Shown here: positions 10,801 to 21,487 of the stretch, piece by piece
Layout: every line of letters starts with the position of its first letter
Position numbering within the stretch: the stretch's first letter is position 1
Assembly: GCA_043753545.1 (NCBI GenBank)
Contig: JAYUWO010000082.1
Span: forward strand, 1 to 47,568
DNA length: 47,568 nt
Direction of reading: 5' to 3'
From: Arenimonas sp.
GTDB taxonomy: Bacteria; Pseudomonadota; Gammaproteobacteria; Xanthomonadales; Xanthomonadaceae
Position numbers and translations under genes: made by a program
Notes under the pieces: model-generated
What the model was told of the DNA's origin: nothing
The model's input: the letters and a program-made list of their open reading frames with translations, nothing else
The model's database searches: none

Positions 10801-11560
10801 TCGTGCTGCCGTCCCGCAGACGCAGATTGACGAGTAATGGCGACGGCGCGCTACCGTCGAGTTTCAATATAAAGTCGTCGATATCGCCTTTGGCAAGCAA
10901 TTTCAATTTGGCCGGTTCAACACCCTTTTCCGTCACGGCGACATAGTGGCCGTTGAGTTGAGTGCGATATTTTTCCCGCGGCACATATTCGCCTTTCAAA
11001 TCCAGAAGGCCGCGATCACTATCGACATTCAATTTCGGCAAATCGATCAGGCCGTTGGCCAACGTCACTTTCGCGTCGGCCTTGTGGATCAACACCAGTT
11101 TTTCCCGGGTGTCCTGGATCAGCAGCCGGGTAATTTTCAAATCATCGATCGCAATCGTCATCGGCAAATCGATCGCCGGCAAGAACTCCGGCCAGCGAGG
11201 GAGTTCGAAAGGCTCGTCATCGCTCGGCAGCATCAAGATGGCATTGTCTATTTTCAGCGTTTCGATATCGAGTCGTTTCGACAATAGCGGCCAAAGCGCA
11301 TTCTTGAGATCAATCCGCCGTGCACTGAACGTGTATTTGCCATCGGCATAGATAAGATCTTCAATCACCATGCCGTTCCACATGGTGCCTTGAAGTTTGC
11401 CCCATCTGAGTGAGCTGCCTTCCGGCAATTGCGCGGCAATTCGCGCCATCAAAAAATCGCGGCCGCCATCGCTGCGTACCGCCCAGAGCGTAATCAGTCC
11501 AATCAACAATGTACCCAGCAAAAGCAATATCAGCAGGATTTTAAATAGACGACGCTTCAT
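7832..11560 (-). CDS. tamB: translocation and assembly module TamB
   Basis: N-terminal TM anchor, 1242 aa, C-terminal GRYTAYGQAL...ALSWLVLGRP...GKKISPRLFVSYG; coupled to tamA. Confidence 0.92.
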   Translation of the reverse strand: MKRRLFKILLILLLLGTLLIGLITLWAVRSDGGRDFLMARIAAQLPEGSSLRWGKLQGTMWNGMVIEDLIYADGKYTFSARRIDLKNALWPLLSKRLDIETLKIDNAILMLPSDDEPFELPRWPEFLPAIDLPMTIAIDDLKITRLLIQDTREKLVLIHKADAKVTLANGLIDLPKLNVDSDRGLLDLKGEYVPREKYRTQLNGHYVAVTEKGVEPAKLKLLAKGDIDDFILKLDGSAPSPLLVNLRLRDGSTKPHWSFNTTSDQLLLEHFGLTPDQPYAFSLSGKGIEGNANLSGHFKRGEIGMQIEPSLVSIDAGVLQFKPLLIRVDAGLVRVEGKAEFIDKDPVFDVLVSSKQIQFVPDDATSKNIAVNGSAQMKLVGKFSDWTIKGDAVLLRANDKANISLSGRGDDKQLLLDTLSAVTPTGKLEGKGKLYWEPGLGAELQASMNQFNPAYFFPDFPGAVNGLIDAKARQNADALWIGEATLRNVSGRLRDRPLAGAAQAKWDGRNGDGKLSLAIGASRVKASGRFGERYDIAADFSPLNLADLSPSGGGQLQGSLNIGGAGNSPDYRVNLTGSQLRWGKDSIGQLSAKGDLPGSGNTGQMYVRASEISISGQALQEIDAQLSGNMNNLRAQANAAMDYGKIKIDISAAGANQNWKGKLQSFQFSPRLGEAWTLQAPANYQIANGSIRLDKTCLRTGSSAQLCANANGNAGRIEGRELPLSLLDPWISEKMPDQNYRPYGVVNLEGDFVRGKAGAWNGDITLRSAAGGLRLNTSVTRDVISYSNLNFDIKLIGERIDMRLSALLPEAGSVSGELQTGLNEFAPVKGKLSLNVQQLTWLELMSPDLAGPQGKLEGLLLFSGTRAVPNISGDARLNQFSAELPGLGIKITEGDITLRGEPNGQARLNGVLSSGKGKLQINGSLDLSDKNSPLKVTLKGENITVANTPDLRADMSPDLNLVYQDGLLKMTGTVIVPSARIDLEKLDQSVSVSSDVVVLDPREAPETGGFLVESNLTLELGKDVQLKGFGLDGKLVGSLQILDQPGRPALATGTIEAIGRYTAYGQALTIQRSRLIYANSSINNPVLDIVAERNFEDVSVGIRVRGTARSPQTTITSSPAMEASEALSWLVLGRPLNTASGSDNQRLDAAALALSAGGNILAQQLGVKIGLDEIGITESRALGGAVFSVGKKISPRLFVSYGVSLLGTGQVMTLKYLIRRGFDVSIESGKETAASLNWRKEK

Positions 11561-13305
11561 TACAGGTCGGGCCCCAGGCTGATATGCAAACGAATGTTTT
11601 GATCCGGTTCGTTCAAGCCGTGGGCAAGATCAATGCGAATGGGGCCGACCGGCGAGCGCCAGCGCAATCCGAATCCGACGCCGATGTTCGCCTTGAATTG
11701 TTCGTCAAAGGCATCGCCGGCATCGACGAAAGCGGCACCGCCCCAAGTTGGATTAAACATATGCTCGAATTCGAAGCTCGCGGTTGCCAGATTTTTGCCG
11801 CCGATCAGCACGCCTGCAGTCTCGCCCAGTTCGCGATAGCCATAACCACGCACGCTATGGTCACCGCCGGCGTAAAAACGCTGCGATGGCGGCAGGCTGT
11901 CAAAATCATCGGTAATCGTCGTGCCCAACTCGCCGCGAAGCAAAATACGGTTGTTCGCGCCAACGGCACGGATATAGCGAACTTCCGAACGCAATTGCAG
12001 AAAATCGACATCCGATCCGATCGCTGTAGAACCCAACCGTGCCTCGGCAAAAAGGCGGTAGCCCTTGCTCGGCGTATTGATGTCGTCGAATTTTTTTCGT
12101 TCCGCCGAAATCACCGGCGCGACAATCGTGCTGTACCCGCGTACGCCAAGAAGATCGTCCTCGAAACGCTCGCGTTTGTATTCCAGCGCGCCGAACAAAT
12201 CCCAATCCCGCCAGCGTCCGTTCCGGCTCAATGACAACTCGGTGTATTGCGTCGTGACATCAAGAATTTTTTCTTCGCGCAGCGATGCACGGATGCCGTA
12301 CCAGCCCTCAATTTTTGAAAAGGCGGGCATTCGGTACTGCACTGTGAAATCACTTTTTTCCTGGGCCACATCGAACTGGGCGAATAATTTATGTCCGCGC
12401 TTGTTCACCCAGCGCCGCTCCATGCTGCTGGCGAAGCCGGCGCCGCTGTCGGTACCATAACGTAAACCCAGCGAGTAAATCGTGCGCTTGGCCGGCGTCA
12501 GGCTGACCTGTACCGGAACTACGCCGTCTTTGGCTTGGTCAGGCAAGGGCTGCACATTGATACCCGCGAAATAGTCCAGATCGGACAAGGTTTTTTGCAG
12601 TGCAAATAATTCGCTTTGATCAAAAGCCTGACCGGACTCCCAGGGCACCAGTTTTTCCAGCAGATCATCATTGAATTGATGTCCTTCGAATCGCACCTCG
12701 CCAAAACGATAACGCTCGCCGCTATCCCAATCGAGTGAAATATCGGCCGCATGATCGGCGCGCGTGACTTCCACTTTATGCGTATTGAGCTTTGTATCGA
12801 AATAGCCGCGCTCATTCAGGGCTCGGCTGATATTGATTTTGCTACTTTCATAAAGACCGTGATGAAACACGGAACCTGCTTTCGGCTGAAACGAACCGAT
12901 ATGAGAAGCAATGACCGGATCTTTATCCGCCTCGCCGGAAACACCGAGCAACAATTTTCGTACCTCTACCGGCTGACCCAATACCACGGTGAAGTGCACC
13001 GAAACATTGTCGCCATCCTTAGATATTTTTGACTCGACCTCGGCATCGTAATAGCCGAAGGCTTCGAGTCCGCGCCGGACTTCGCGCGGTGCCAGGCGCA
13101 TCAAATAATCCAGACGGTTTTCGCTGATCGAGGTCTCGGCTTCCAGCTGGCTTTCGGCCAGTGATAGTTCACTGCGAACATTCAGGATTTGCAGTTCGTC
13201 CAGACCGCTGAATTCAATCGACTGTATCTGCAATGCTTCGGCCTTGTCCGCCAGTAAAAAAGCGGACAGGGCGAACAGGATGGATTTCAGGTATAGGCGG
13301 GTCAT
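11560..13305 (-). CDS. tamA: translocation and assembly module TamA
   Basis: POTRA region, RFYAGGDHSVRGY and WRSPVGPIRIDLA...LGPDL. Confidence 0.93.
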   Translation of the reverse strand: MTRLYLKSILFALSAFLLADKAEALQIQSIEFSGLDELQILNVRSELSLAESQLEAETSISENRLDYLMRLAPREVRRGLEAFGYYDAEVESKISKDGDNVSVHFTVVLGQPVEVRKLLLGVSGEADKDPVIASHIGSFQPKAGSVFHHGLYESSKINISRALNERGYFDTKLNTHKVEVTRADHAADISLDWDSGERYRFGEVRFEGHQFNDDLLEKLVPWESGQAFDQSELFALQKTLSDLDYFAGINVQPLPDQAKDGVVPVQVSLTPAKRTIYSLGLRYGTDSGAGFASSMERRWVNKRGHKLFAQFDVAQEKSDFTVQYRMPAFSKIEGWYGIRASLREEKILDVTTQYTELSLSRNGRWRDWDLFGALEYKRERFEDDLLGVRGYSTIVAPVISAERKKFDDINTPSKGYRLFAEARLGSTAIGSDVDFLQLRSEVRYIRAVGANNRILLRGELGTTITDDFDSLPPSQRFYAGGDHSVRGYGYRELGETAGVLIGGKNLATASFEFEHMFNPTWGGAAFVDAGDAFDEQFKANIGVGFGLRWRSPVGPIRIDLAHGLNEPDQNIRLHISLGPDL

Positions 13306-13354
13306 AGTCGCACTATAACCAGCTGATCGTGAATGTTTGGCTTACACAGGCCAA

Positions 13355-13720
13355 TCAAAGGCGTTCGAGCTTAGTGACTTTGTAGTAGGAGAAGCCGCCA
13401 TACTCTTTGGTTACCGATCCCAGTGTCGCACGCACTTTGCCGATATTGTCAGGCAGTGCGGCAGATGCCAGCATTTCGGGTGGAATAATCACATCGACGT
13501 TCTCTTCTCCGACAGTGATGCTGCCAAAGGTAAATTCGGGGATACCACCTTCGTCGTCGCCTTCATCATCGCCCGCAATCAATTCACCTTCGATCGTAGC
13601 GGGCAAAGTTGCCAGAGTCGTTTGCAATGATGCCGAGCTGGCGGAAGAATCCGATTCGCCAGTACTGCAAGCGACCAGCATGACCGATGCAAGCAACACC
13701 GAGATAAAGTTTAAGCGCAC
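13355..13720 (-). CDS. hypothetical lipoprotein
   Basis: GTG start gives a signal peptide with lipobox LVAC, followed by an acidic linker. Confidence 0.6.
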   Translation of the reverse strand: MRLNFISVLLASVMLVACSTGESDSSASSASLQTTLATLPATIEGELIAGDDEGDDEGGIPEFTFGSITVGEENVDVIIPPEMLASAALPDNIGKVRATLGSVTKEYGGFSYYKVTKLERL

Positions 13721-13822
13721 GCAATGTCTCCTTGAAAAACGACGAGCCACATGCGGGCATGTGGGACTGGTCGATATGGTCGGGGTTTTCTTTTTTTCCG
13801 TCAATGCGCAATGACAATATTG

Positions 13823-16021
13823 CTATGCCACCAAGGCCGCGATTTCGGCAACACTGGCAAAGCGGTCCGCCAGTAGTTTCAGCAGGGCCAGACGGTTGTC
13901 TCGCACGGCGGTGTCATCGACATTCACCATCACGCTATCGAAGAAAGTATCGACCTGCGGACGCAGTTGCGCGAGGCGTGACAGCACCGCCACATAGTCT
14001 CGTGATGCCAATGCGGAATCGGTCTCGCTGATCGCTGCGGCAACGGCTGCATGCAAGTCTTTTTCGCCTGCTTCTTGCAGCAATGCTGCATTGACGCTGC
14101 TCGGAATGTCGCCTTCGACTTTACGGAGAATGTTGCGAATGCGTTTGTTAGCGGCCGCGAGTGCGGGCGCTTCCGGTAATTGTGCGAATTCGCGGACGGC
14201 TTTTAGGCGTTTGTCGAAGTCGAGTAGCGATGCAGGATCAATATCAGCGACCGCATCAAATTGTGCCGAGGTAAAGCCCTTCTCAGCATAGTAATTACGC
14301 ATGCGATCGTGAATGAATTCTTTTATTTCTGTTGCGAATCCAATATGCAAAATTGGAATTTCCGCTTCGCTCGCTATAAAATCTTCTTTACTTAATTTTT
14401 CTGTTTTTAGTTCTTCACTATTTAGTTTTTGACTAGCCACATGACGCTTACCGTAAAGGTCGTATAAAGCATTCTGTAGCACATCACTTTCAAGCGCAAA
14501 CCACAGAGCTTTATTTAAATCAAAGTCGAGTTCTCCTTCAACTACAGTTCTTGCAAGTCCAAGCGCATTTCGTCTCAGTGCAAATGGGTCCTTATTTCCC
14601 GAAGGCATAAGTTCAGCCGCAAAACCACCAGCCAAAGTATCGAGTCGTTCAGCAATCGCCAGCACTTGCCCAATTTTTGACGATGCAATCGCATCGCCGG
14701 CAAAACGCGGCTGATACGCTTCATCAATCGCATTGGCCACCGCTTCCGGTTCACCGGCCGCGTTCGCGTAATAACGACCCGCGATACCTTGCAGTTCCGG
14801 AAACTCGCCGACCATACGGCTTTGCAAGTCGGCTTTGCATAATTCGGCGGCACGGCGTGCCTGCCCTGCATCGACACCGATTTCTTTTGCAATCGCTTCC
14901 GCCAATGCCGCAATACGGTTTGTCTTGTCGGCATAACTACCTAGCTTCTGCTGATACATCACCGAAGCCAGACCTTCCGCCATCGAAGCAATGCCCTGCT
15001 TCAAATCTTCATCATAGAAAAATTTCGCATCGGCAAAACGCGGACGAATGACGCGCTCATAGCCCTTGCGGACTTCGGCTTCGTCCTTGCTGACGATATT
15101 GGCGATACCGATAAATTGTTCGGAGAGCTTTCCGTCCCTGTCCAGTACCGGAAAGAATTTCTGATTGCTTTCCATCGTGGTGATCAGAGCTTCCTGAGGC
15201 ACCGCCAGAAATTCCTTTTCAAACGAACACAAAATGGCGGACGGCCATTCGACCAGACAGTTCACTTCGTCCAGCAGGCTTTCGTCGATACGCGCGGTAC
15301 CGCCGGCCTGATGTGCGGCCATTTCGATTTGTTCGCGAATACGATCGCGGCGTTCGTCGGCATTGACCAGCACAAAGGCATCGCGCAAAGCATCGATATA
15401 GGCATGCGGCGATGATATCCAGAGCGGCTTATTGTGATGGAAGCGATGCCCGCGACTCATCAGATCGGATTTCAATCCAAGCACTTCGCCTTCCATGACC
15501 TGATTACCCAACATCATCACCAGCCAATGCACTGGACGAATGAATTTGGTTTCGCGGCTACCCCAGCGCATCGGTTTTGGAATCGGCAATGCCGCCAGCG
15601 CTTCGCTGACGATTTCCGCCATCAAGCTGCTCGTAGCAACGCCGGGTTTTTCACTGCGGGCGACAAAGCGCTCGCCTTTATTGTCGGTGGCTTTTTCCAG
15701 TTGCTCGACACTCAGGCCATTCTTGCCGGCGAAGCCGAGCAAGGCCGGGGTCGGTTGGCCTTCGGCATTCAAACCGATATTCAAATACGGGCCGAGCACT
15801 TCGGATTTCTGCGAAGCCTGTTCGGTAGCGACTTCAGCAAATAACACGGCGAGACGACGTGGCGAATACAGTGCCTTCGCATTGCTTTTATTAAATTCGA
15901 TGCCGCGCTTTTCAAAGCCGTTCGCGATGCCGTCGAAAAAAGCCTGCGCCAATTCCGGCAGGGCCTTCGGCGGCAATTCTTCGGTGCCCAGTTCGATCAG
16001 GAGGGGAAGAAAATGGCTCAT
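13823..16021 (-). CDS. glyS: glycine--tRNA ligase beta subunit
   Basis: [33 protein letters not shown] and NRLALL motifs. Confidence 0.97.
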   Translation of the reverse strand: MSHFLPLLIELGTEELPPKALPELAQAFFDGIANGFEKRGIEFNKSNAKALYSPRRLAVLFAEVATEQASQKSEVLGPYLNIGLNAEGQPTPALLGFAGKNGLSVEQLEKATDNKGERFVARSEKPGVATSSLMAEIVSEALAALPIPKPMRWGSRETKFIRPVHWLVMMLGNQVMEGEVLGLKSDLMSRGHRFHHNKPLWISSPHAYIDALRDAFVLVNADERRDRIREQIEMAAHQAGGTARIDESLLDEVNCLVEWPSAILCSFEKEFLAVPQEALITTMESNQKFFPVLDRDGKLSEQFIGIANIVSKDEAEVRKGYERVIRPRFADAKFFYDEDLKQGIASMAEGLASVMYQQKLGSYADKTNRIAALAEAIAKEIGVDAGQARRAAELCKADLQSRMVGEFPELQGIAGRYYANAAGEPEAVANAIDEAYQPRFAGDAIASSKIGQVLAIAERLDTLAGGFAAELMPSGNKDPFALRRNALGLARTVVEGELDFDLNKALWFALESDVLQNALYDLYGKRHVASQKLNSEELKTEKLSKEDFIASEAEIPILHIGFATEIKEFIHDRMRNYYAEKGFTSAQFDAVADIDPASLLDFDKRLKAVREFAQLPEAPALAAANKRIRNILRKVEGDIPSSVNAALLQEAGEKDLHAAVAAAISETDSALASRDYVAVLSRLAQLRPQVDTFFDSVMVNVDDTAVRDNRLALLKLLADRFASVAEIAALVA

Positions 16022-16932
16022 GCCGCACTATCCTGTTTCATGTCTTGCTTCAAATTGGGAAAGCCGAGCTTCTCGCGCTGGGCGTAATACGCTTCCGCGA
16101 CGGCACGCGACAAGGTGCGAACACGCAAGATGTAACGTTGGCGTTCGGTCACCGAAATCGCGCGGCGGGCATCAAGCAGATTGAAACAATGCGAGGCTTT
16201 CGTCACTTGCTCGTAAGCCGGCAAAGGCAGGCCGAGTTCAACGCATTTCATCGCTTCTTTTTCACAGGCATCGAAGCGGTGGAATAATTCCGCCACATCG
16301 GCATGCTCGAAGTTGTAGGCGCTTTGTTCGACTTCGTTCTGGTGATAAACGTCACGATAATAAACCGGGCCTTGCGGGCCGACGGTCCAGACCAGATCGA
16401 AAACGTTATCGACGTTCTGCAGATACATGCACAGACGCTCGAGGCCGTAAGTAATTTCACCGGTCACCGGCTTGCATTCCAGACCACCGGCCTGCTGGAA
16501 ATAAGTGAACTGGGTGACTTCCATCCCGTTCAACCAGACTTCCCAACCCAGACCCCAGGCACCAAGTGTCGGGGATTCCCAATTGTCTTCGACGAAGCGC
16601 AAATCGTGCACCAGCGGATCAACACCGAGCGCTTTCAGCGATTCCAGATACAAATCCAGAATATTGTCCGGATTAGGTTTCATCATCACTTGATACTGGT
16701 AATAGCGTTGCAAGCGATTTGGATTTTCGCCATAGCGGCCATCGGTCGGGCGGCGGCAAGGCTGCACATACGCGGCATTCCATGGCTCCGGGCCCAAAGC
16801 TCGTAAAAATGTCGCCGGATGAAAGGTGCCAGCGCCCACTTCCATATCGAGTGGTTGAATGAGGACACAGCCTTGTTCGGCCCAAAAAACATTGAGCTTC
16901 AGGATCAGTTGTTGAAAGGTAGGGGCGGCCAT
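16018..16932 (-). CDS. glyQ: glycine--tRNA ligase alpha subunit
   Basis: [31 protein letters not shown]; ATGA overlap with glyS. Confidence 0.97.
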   Translation of the reverse strand: MAAPTFQQLILKLNVFWAEQGCVLIQPLDMEVGAGTFHPATFLRALGPEPWNAAYVQPCRRPTDGRYGENPNRLQRYYQYQVMMKPNPDNILDLYLESLKALGVDPLVHDLRFVEDNWESPTLGAWGLGWEVWLNGMEVTQFTYFQQAGGLECKPVTGEITYGLERLCMYLQNVDNVFDLVWTVGPQGPVYYRDVYHQNEVEQSAYNFEHADVAELFHRFDACEKEAMKCVELGLPLPAYEQVTKASHCFNLLDARRAISVTERQRYILRVRTLSRAVAEAYYAQREKLGFPNLKQDMKQDSAA

Positions 16933-16994
16933 AAGGCAAATAATCGACGGAAAGCCGGTATTATAGGCCGATACAGTGTTTAGAGCTTGAGCCA

Positions 16995-17714
16995 ATGAAA
17001 CCTTTTTTGATTATTGAAACCGGCAAACCGGTCCCTACTTTGAAACGCCACGGCGGTTTCCCCGACTGGATTCGGGTCGCTTCCGGCCTACATGTCCGTG
17101 ATGTGAAAGTCTGCAATGTGGAAGCCGGCGACAAATTGCCCGACTCCAAAGGCTTCACCGGTGTATTGGTGACGGGCTCCGGGTCGATGGTGACCGAACG
17201 TCATGACTGGAGCGAGCGCAGTGCCGAGTGGTTGCACGATGCGGCTCACAAGGGCATGTCGATCTTCGGCATTTGCTACGGCCATCAATTATTGGCTCAG
17301 ACCTTCGGCGGTAAAGTTGATTACAACCCGAAAGGCCGTGAAATGGGAACGGTCAAGGTCTCACTGCACGAACATGCAAAAGATGATCCATTGTTTGGCG
17401 AATTGCCGGCTTCAATCAGCGTGCATGCCACCCATATGCAAACGGTGTTGACCGCGCCCGAAGATGCCACGGTATTGGCGTATTCCGAAAAAGACGATTG
17501 CCAGGCATTTCGCTGGAAAGACCATGTATGGGGCGTGCAATTCCACCCGGAATTTTCAACCGAACACATGCGTGAATACATCCACGTTCGTCGCATGGCT
17601 TTGATCCAGGAAGGCAATGAACCAAAAGCGATGCGCAAAGCCGTCAGCGCGGCTCCGGATGCACGCCGTGTATTGCGCAACTTTGTCGAACACACAAAAA
17701 CCCGCCACGCCTGA
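16995..17714 (+). CDS. class I glutamine amidotransferase
   Basis: GICYGHQL and GVQFHPE catalytic motifs. Confidence 0.9.
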   Translation: MKPFLIIETGKPVPTLKRHGGFPDWIRVASGLHVRDVKVCNVEAGDKLPDSKGFTGVLVTGSGSMVTERHDWSERSAEWLHDAAHKGMSIFGICYGHQLLAQTFGGKVDYNPKGREMGTVKVSLHEHAKDDPLFGELPASISVHATHMQTVLTAPEDATVLAYSEKDDCQAFRWKDHVWGVQFHPEFSTEHMREYIHVRRMALIQEGNEPKAMRKAVSAAPDARRVLRNFVEHTKTRHA

Positions 17715-18541
17715 TGCCGCACCGTAAAATTCCCGCCAGCCGCGGCCTGTATTGGTGTGTTGAGGCATGGCGAAATTTTAAAGCTTCACCGCAGCCGGTT
17801 TTATCGATGGCAATGTGGCTGAGTCTCGGCATCTTTTTGCCCGTGCTGAATTTCTTCATGGTGATTTTGATTACCGTGTTTTACGGCGGCGTGATTTCAA
17901 CGCTGCATAAAAAGGCATTGGGCGAAAAGGTTTCGATCGGTGATTTTTTCAACGGCTTTAAAACCCTGCCGCGTTTTTTGGGCCTATTCATGGTCGGGTT
18001 TCCGACAGTGTTGTTTGCTTTTTTTTCCAGCACGGTGTTATTCAATGCACTCGGCCCCGAGGCCGCAAAGGCATTGACCGCGACAGCCGGGCAGCCGCCG
18101 AGTAAAGAACTGATCAATGCCATTGCACCGGTGCTACTGGATGTCATGGTGAAACTTTTGCCGATAGGTGTAGTGATTGGCTGGATTATTTTCCTGGCAG
18201 TCCCGCGTGTGATGTTGGACAAAAGACTAGGGCTGCTTGCGCTGTGGGACGCGGCACGGGCGATCTTTAGCAACTTGGGCGCCATGCTTTTATTTACTGC
18301 CGGCATCATGCTGGCTGCCTTCCTCGCCAGCTTCGCGCTGGCCATCCCGCTGGCATTCATCGCCAGCGCCGGTGCGCTCGCCGGGATGTTGCAAACCTTC
18401 GCCATCGTCTTTATTTGCACACTGGGCTGGGCCCTTTATTTAAACGCGATGTATATCGCCTGGCGCGATATTTTCATGAGCGATGTTGTCGCAACACCGA
18501 CGGAAAATCCACCGCCGCCGGAAGCACAGATCGAAGTGTGA
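17714..18541 (+). CDS. BPSS1780-like membrane protein
   Basis: RKIPASRGLYW...AW start, multiple TM segments, YIAWRDIF near the end. Confidence 0.7.
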   Translation: MPHRKIPASRGLYWCVEAWRNFKASPQPVLSMAMWLSLGIFLPVLNFFMVILITVFYGGVISTLHKKALGEKVSIGDFFNGFKTLPRFLGLFMVGFPTVLFAFFSSTVLFNALGPEAAKALTATAGQPPSKELINAIAPVLLDVMVKLLPIGVVIGWIIFLAVPRVMLDKRLGLLALWDAARAIFSNLGAMLLFTAGIMLAAFLASFALAIPLAFIASAGALAGMLQTFAIVFICTLGWALYLNAMYIAWRDIFMSDVVATPTENPPPPEAQIEV

Positions 18542-18559
18542 TGCTGGCACACGCTTTTT

Positions 18560-18639
18560 GTGGGAGCTGGTTTACCAGCGATTAGATTTCACAGTTTACG
18601 CAACTCTGAATCATCAATCGCTGGTAAATCAGCTCCCAT
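18560..18639. repeat. REP doublet (REPIN), probable terminator between convergent genes
   Basis: GTGGGAGCTGGTTTACCAGCGA ... TCGCTGGTAAATCAGCTCCCAT inverted pair. Confidence 0.8.
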
Positions 18640-18650
18640 AAAATTGCAGA

Positions 18651-19313
18651 TCAGATTGCGGAAAGCATCTGCAAATAAAGCAGCATCACTAAAAACAAAA
18701 GCAGAAGCGTGCCGAAAAACACCAGCGCATGTATGCCGATAATGATCCATGCCCATACCGGCATCGCAATATTTTCCGGGTCGACATTTTCAACGCGCGT
18801 TCCTGCGAGATAATCGTGCAGCGCGCGACGCTCAGGTGTCCACGCCGCCAGGGCATGTCCTAAATTCAACGTGATCCATGACAACGTAGCGGCAAGATAA
18901 CGACCCATGGCCTGCGACAATTTAATCGATTCACCGTTGATCGTGGTGACCTTGATACCCAACAATCGCTTGCCGAGAGTCGCCTGATGCGGCGAACTTT
19001 CCATCCATGAAAAATAAATGCCGGCAAGAATAAAATACACCGTGCTGGAGAAAATCAGCGAAGGCAGCAAGATCGCTTCCATCGATTTCATGATCACGAA
19101 AGGATCCGGCGTTTCGCCACGTTCACTGGCAGCAGTCAGCGATCCCAGCAAATCTTTCAACAGATCGGCCTGCGAGTAGGCCTGAAAAGAAAAATATATC
19201 GTCGACAGTATTTCGACGACGATATACAAAAGCACGATATCGATGAAGTAGGCGACGTAGCGTTTCCAGAAACCGGCGGGAGACGGCGTGTAAATCATCT
19301 CAGGCGGGCGCAT
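18651..19313 (-). CDS. RDD family protein
   Basis: AGFWKRYVAYFID, QATLGKRLLGIKV and RALHDYLAGTRV motifs. Confidence 0.9.
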   Translation of the reverse strand: MRPPEMIYTPSPAGFWKRYVAYFIDIVLLYIVVEILSTIYFSFQAYSQADLLKDLLGSLTAASERGETPDPFVIMKSMEAILLPSLIFSSTVYFILAGIYFSWMESSPHQATLGKRLLGIKVTTINGESIKLSQAMGRYLAATLSWITLNLGHALAAWTPERRALHDYLAGTRVENVDPENIAMPVWAWIIIGIHALVFFGTLLLLFLVMLLYLQMLSAI

Positions 19314-20046
19314 CCACTTTGCGATTCCTGACCAGTAGGCGCGCCACGATAATTCCCAACTCGTAGAGCAGGCACATCGGAATCGCCAGCATCAATTGCG
19401 ACAAGCCGTCGGGCGGCGTAATGATGGCGGCAATAATAAAAATACCGACAATGACGTATCCACGCCATTCAGTGAGCTGCGCCGGTTTTACCCAGCCCAG
19501 CAGCACGGCAATGATCACCGCGATTGGCACTTCGAAACTCACGCCGCCGGCAAGAAACATCACCAGCACAAAATCCAGGTACTCGCCGATGTCAGGCATC
19601 ATCGCGACGCCTTCGGGCGTAATGCTGAACAAATACTTGAACATCACCGGCAATAAACCGAAATACGTAAAGGCGCAACCGGCATAAAACAGCAGGGTTG
19701 CAACCACCAGCAACGGACGTGCCAGTCGCTTTTCGCTTTTATACAAACCCGGCGCGATGAAGGCCCAGATTTGATACAAAATGACCGGGATCGAGATCAT
19801 CAAGGCAGCAAAGAAGGCGCACTTCAGCGGCACGGTAAAAGCGCCCAGCGGCTTGATGGCGATAAGCTGGCCGCCGTGCAAATCATCCAGCAGTGGCTTT
19901 GCCAGCAGTGAATAGATATCGTTGGCGAAAGGAACCAGCACCATAAAAACAATCGCCAGAGTCAGCATCGCTTTCATCAGACGCGAACGCAGCTCGAGCA
20001 GATGGCTCATCAGGCTTTCTTCGGCGGGTTTGGCTTCCGTCATCAC
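19300..20046 (-). CDS. tatC: twin-arginine translocase subunit TatC
   Basis: HLLELRSRL, FIAPGLY and AAIITPPD motifs. Confidence 0.96.
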   Translation of the reverse strand: MMTEAKPAEESLMSHLLELRSRLMKAMLTLAIVFMVLVPFANDIYSLLAKPLLDDLHGGQLIAIKPLGAFTVPLKCAFFAALMISIPVILYQIWAFIAPGLYKSEKRLARPLLVVATLLFYAGCAFTYFGLLPVMFKYLFSITPEGVAMMPDIGEYLDFVLVMFLAGGVSFEVPIAVIIAVLLGWVKPAQLTEWRGYVIVGIFIIAAIITPPDGLSQLMLAIPMCLLYELGIIVARLLVRNRKVDAPA

Positions 20047-20432
20047 TGCGGCTTTCTTTCCGCATCGTGAGTAATTTCGATATCACCCTGAAAATCGGGA
20101 TCCAGTGGCTGCATTTCCTGCGTCGATGCGGGTTCATCGACGACAAGATTTCTCTTGATTTCGGCATCGAGTTCACGCATTTCCTGCTGCATGTCGATGT
20201 CATGCGCTTGCAGCGTTTTTTGCAAATCGGTCATGGACTCTTTCAAACTGTTTTTCAGTTCTTCATCGGCCATTTCGCTTTCCAGCTCGGCTTTCACCGT
20301 GTACCACTGTGCACGCGCCTTGCGTACCCAGTAGCCGGCCAGACGTGCCGCTTTGGGCAAGCGCTCGGGCCCCAGGACAATGAGGGCCACGATGGCAACA
20401 ATCAGAATTTCACTCAGGCCAATATCAAACAT
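20043..20432 (-). CDS. tatB: twin-arginine translocase subunit TatB
   Basis: MFDIGLSE...VLGPERLP. Confidence 0.95.
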   Translation of the reverse strand: MFDIGLSEILIVAIVALIVLGPERLPKAARLAGYWVRKARAQWYTVKAELESEMADEELKNSLKESMTDLQKTLQAHDIDMQQEMRELDAEIKRNLVVDEPASTQEMQPLDPDFQGDIEITHDAERKPQ

Positions 20433-20458
20433 GGCAGTTTGGCCGTGTCATCAGGAAA

Positions 20459-20650
20459 TCAGGCCTTGGGGGCCTGATCCTGGTCTTTGTCGTTATTGAG
20501 TTTCTCGGGGTCTTCGTTGCCGTCTTTGAGGCCTTTTTTGAAACTACCAACAGCACCGCCCAAATCCTTGCCGATGTTGACAAGTTTCTTGGTACCAAAG
20601 ACCAAGAGCACGATCACTAGAATGATCAGTAATTCTTTCCAGCCAAACAT
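20459..20650 (-). CDS. tatA: twin-arginine translocase subunit TatA
   Basis: LLVFGTKKL...[12 protein letters not shown]; first gene of tatABC. Confidence 0.95.
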   Translation of the reverse strand: MFGWKELLIILVIVLLVFGTKKLVNIGKDLGGAVGSFKKGLKDGNEDPEKLNNDKDQDQAPKA

Positions 20651-20682
20651 GAGCGTTCTCCTTTGCGATGGCTAAGGATAAC

Positions 20683-21378
20683 TTATTTGGAGGTCTCGGC
20701 GGCTTTTGCCGAGCTTTCTTCCAGCTTGTCGCGGTAGCTCACTACAGCGTCGGAAGGCTTGTCGGCACGACCTTCAAGAATCATGCGGGAAGTCGCTTCA
20801 CGGCCATAAACCGCGGCATTGGCTTTCTTGTCGATCGACATCACGGCACCGTCCAGCGACACCCCGGCAAACAGGCCGCGAGCACGCGAGTAGCTGTAGA
20901 TCTCGGCTTTCAATTGCTCGTCGGTGGATGCCTGCGCGCTGCGGCCTACCGGACCGGCGGCGACACTGGCATCGGCACCCAAAGTGAATTTACCATTGAC
21001 GATGGAATCAACGCCGCGTGCGTTGCGAAATACCAGGATGACATCGGCCGACTGCAAGCCCGCCTGAAAACCGATGCTGCCACCGGTCAATACGATAAAA
21101 CTCGGGTTCGACCAGGTGCCATCGCTGCCGCGTACGGCAACCAGGCCTTTGCCCCGACGGCCGCCGATGACAAAACTCGCCTTTACCACATCCGGAATCA
21201 CGGCTATTGCCTGTGCTTCGTTCAATAATTTGCTGGGGATGGAGTCTTCCGGAATTTTCAGGATTTCACTTAAGACACGGCTGGCATTATTGGCGCGCTC
21301 GTCTTCTTTCTGGCCGGCGAAGGCCGATAGCGGCAGTAGCAACAACAGCGAAAACAGTACGGTGAAATGGCGGCGCAT
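20683..21378 (-). CDS. lipid-binding SYLF/Ysc84 domain protein
   Basis: Signal peptide, GGSIGFQAG, AAGPVGR and YSRARGLFAGVSL. Confidence 0.9.
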   Translation of the reverse strand: MRRHFTVLFSLLLLLPLSAFAGQKEDERANNASRVLSEILKIPEDSIPSKLLNEAQAIAVIPDVVKASFVIGGRRGKGLVAVRGSDGTWSNPSFIVLTGGSIGFQAGLQSADVILVFRNARGVDSIVNGKFTLGADASVAAGPVGRSAQASTDEQLKAEIYSYSRARGLFAGVSLDGAVMSIDKKANAAVYGREATSRMILEGRADKPSDAVVSYRDKLEESSAKAAETSK

Positions 21379-21487
21379 GGGCTTCTCCTCGAAATTTTTC
21401 CAATTATGGCGCAAACGAATGAATAAGAGATGAGTTCTTCTTCATTCGCAAGATGGTATTTTGTCTCTGACTGACAAGGATAGTTCC

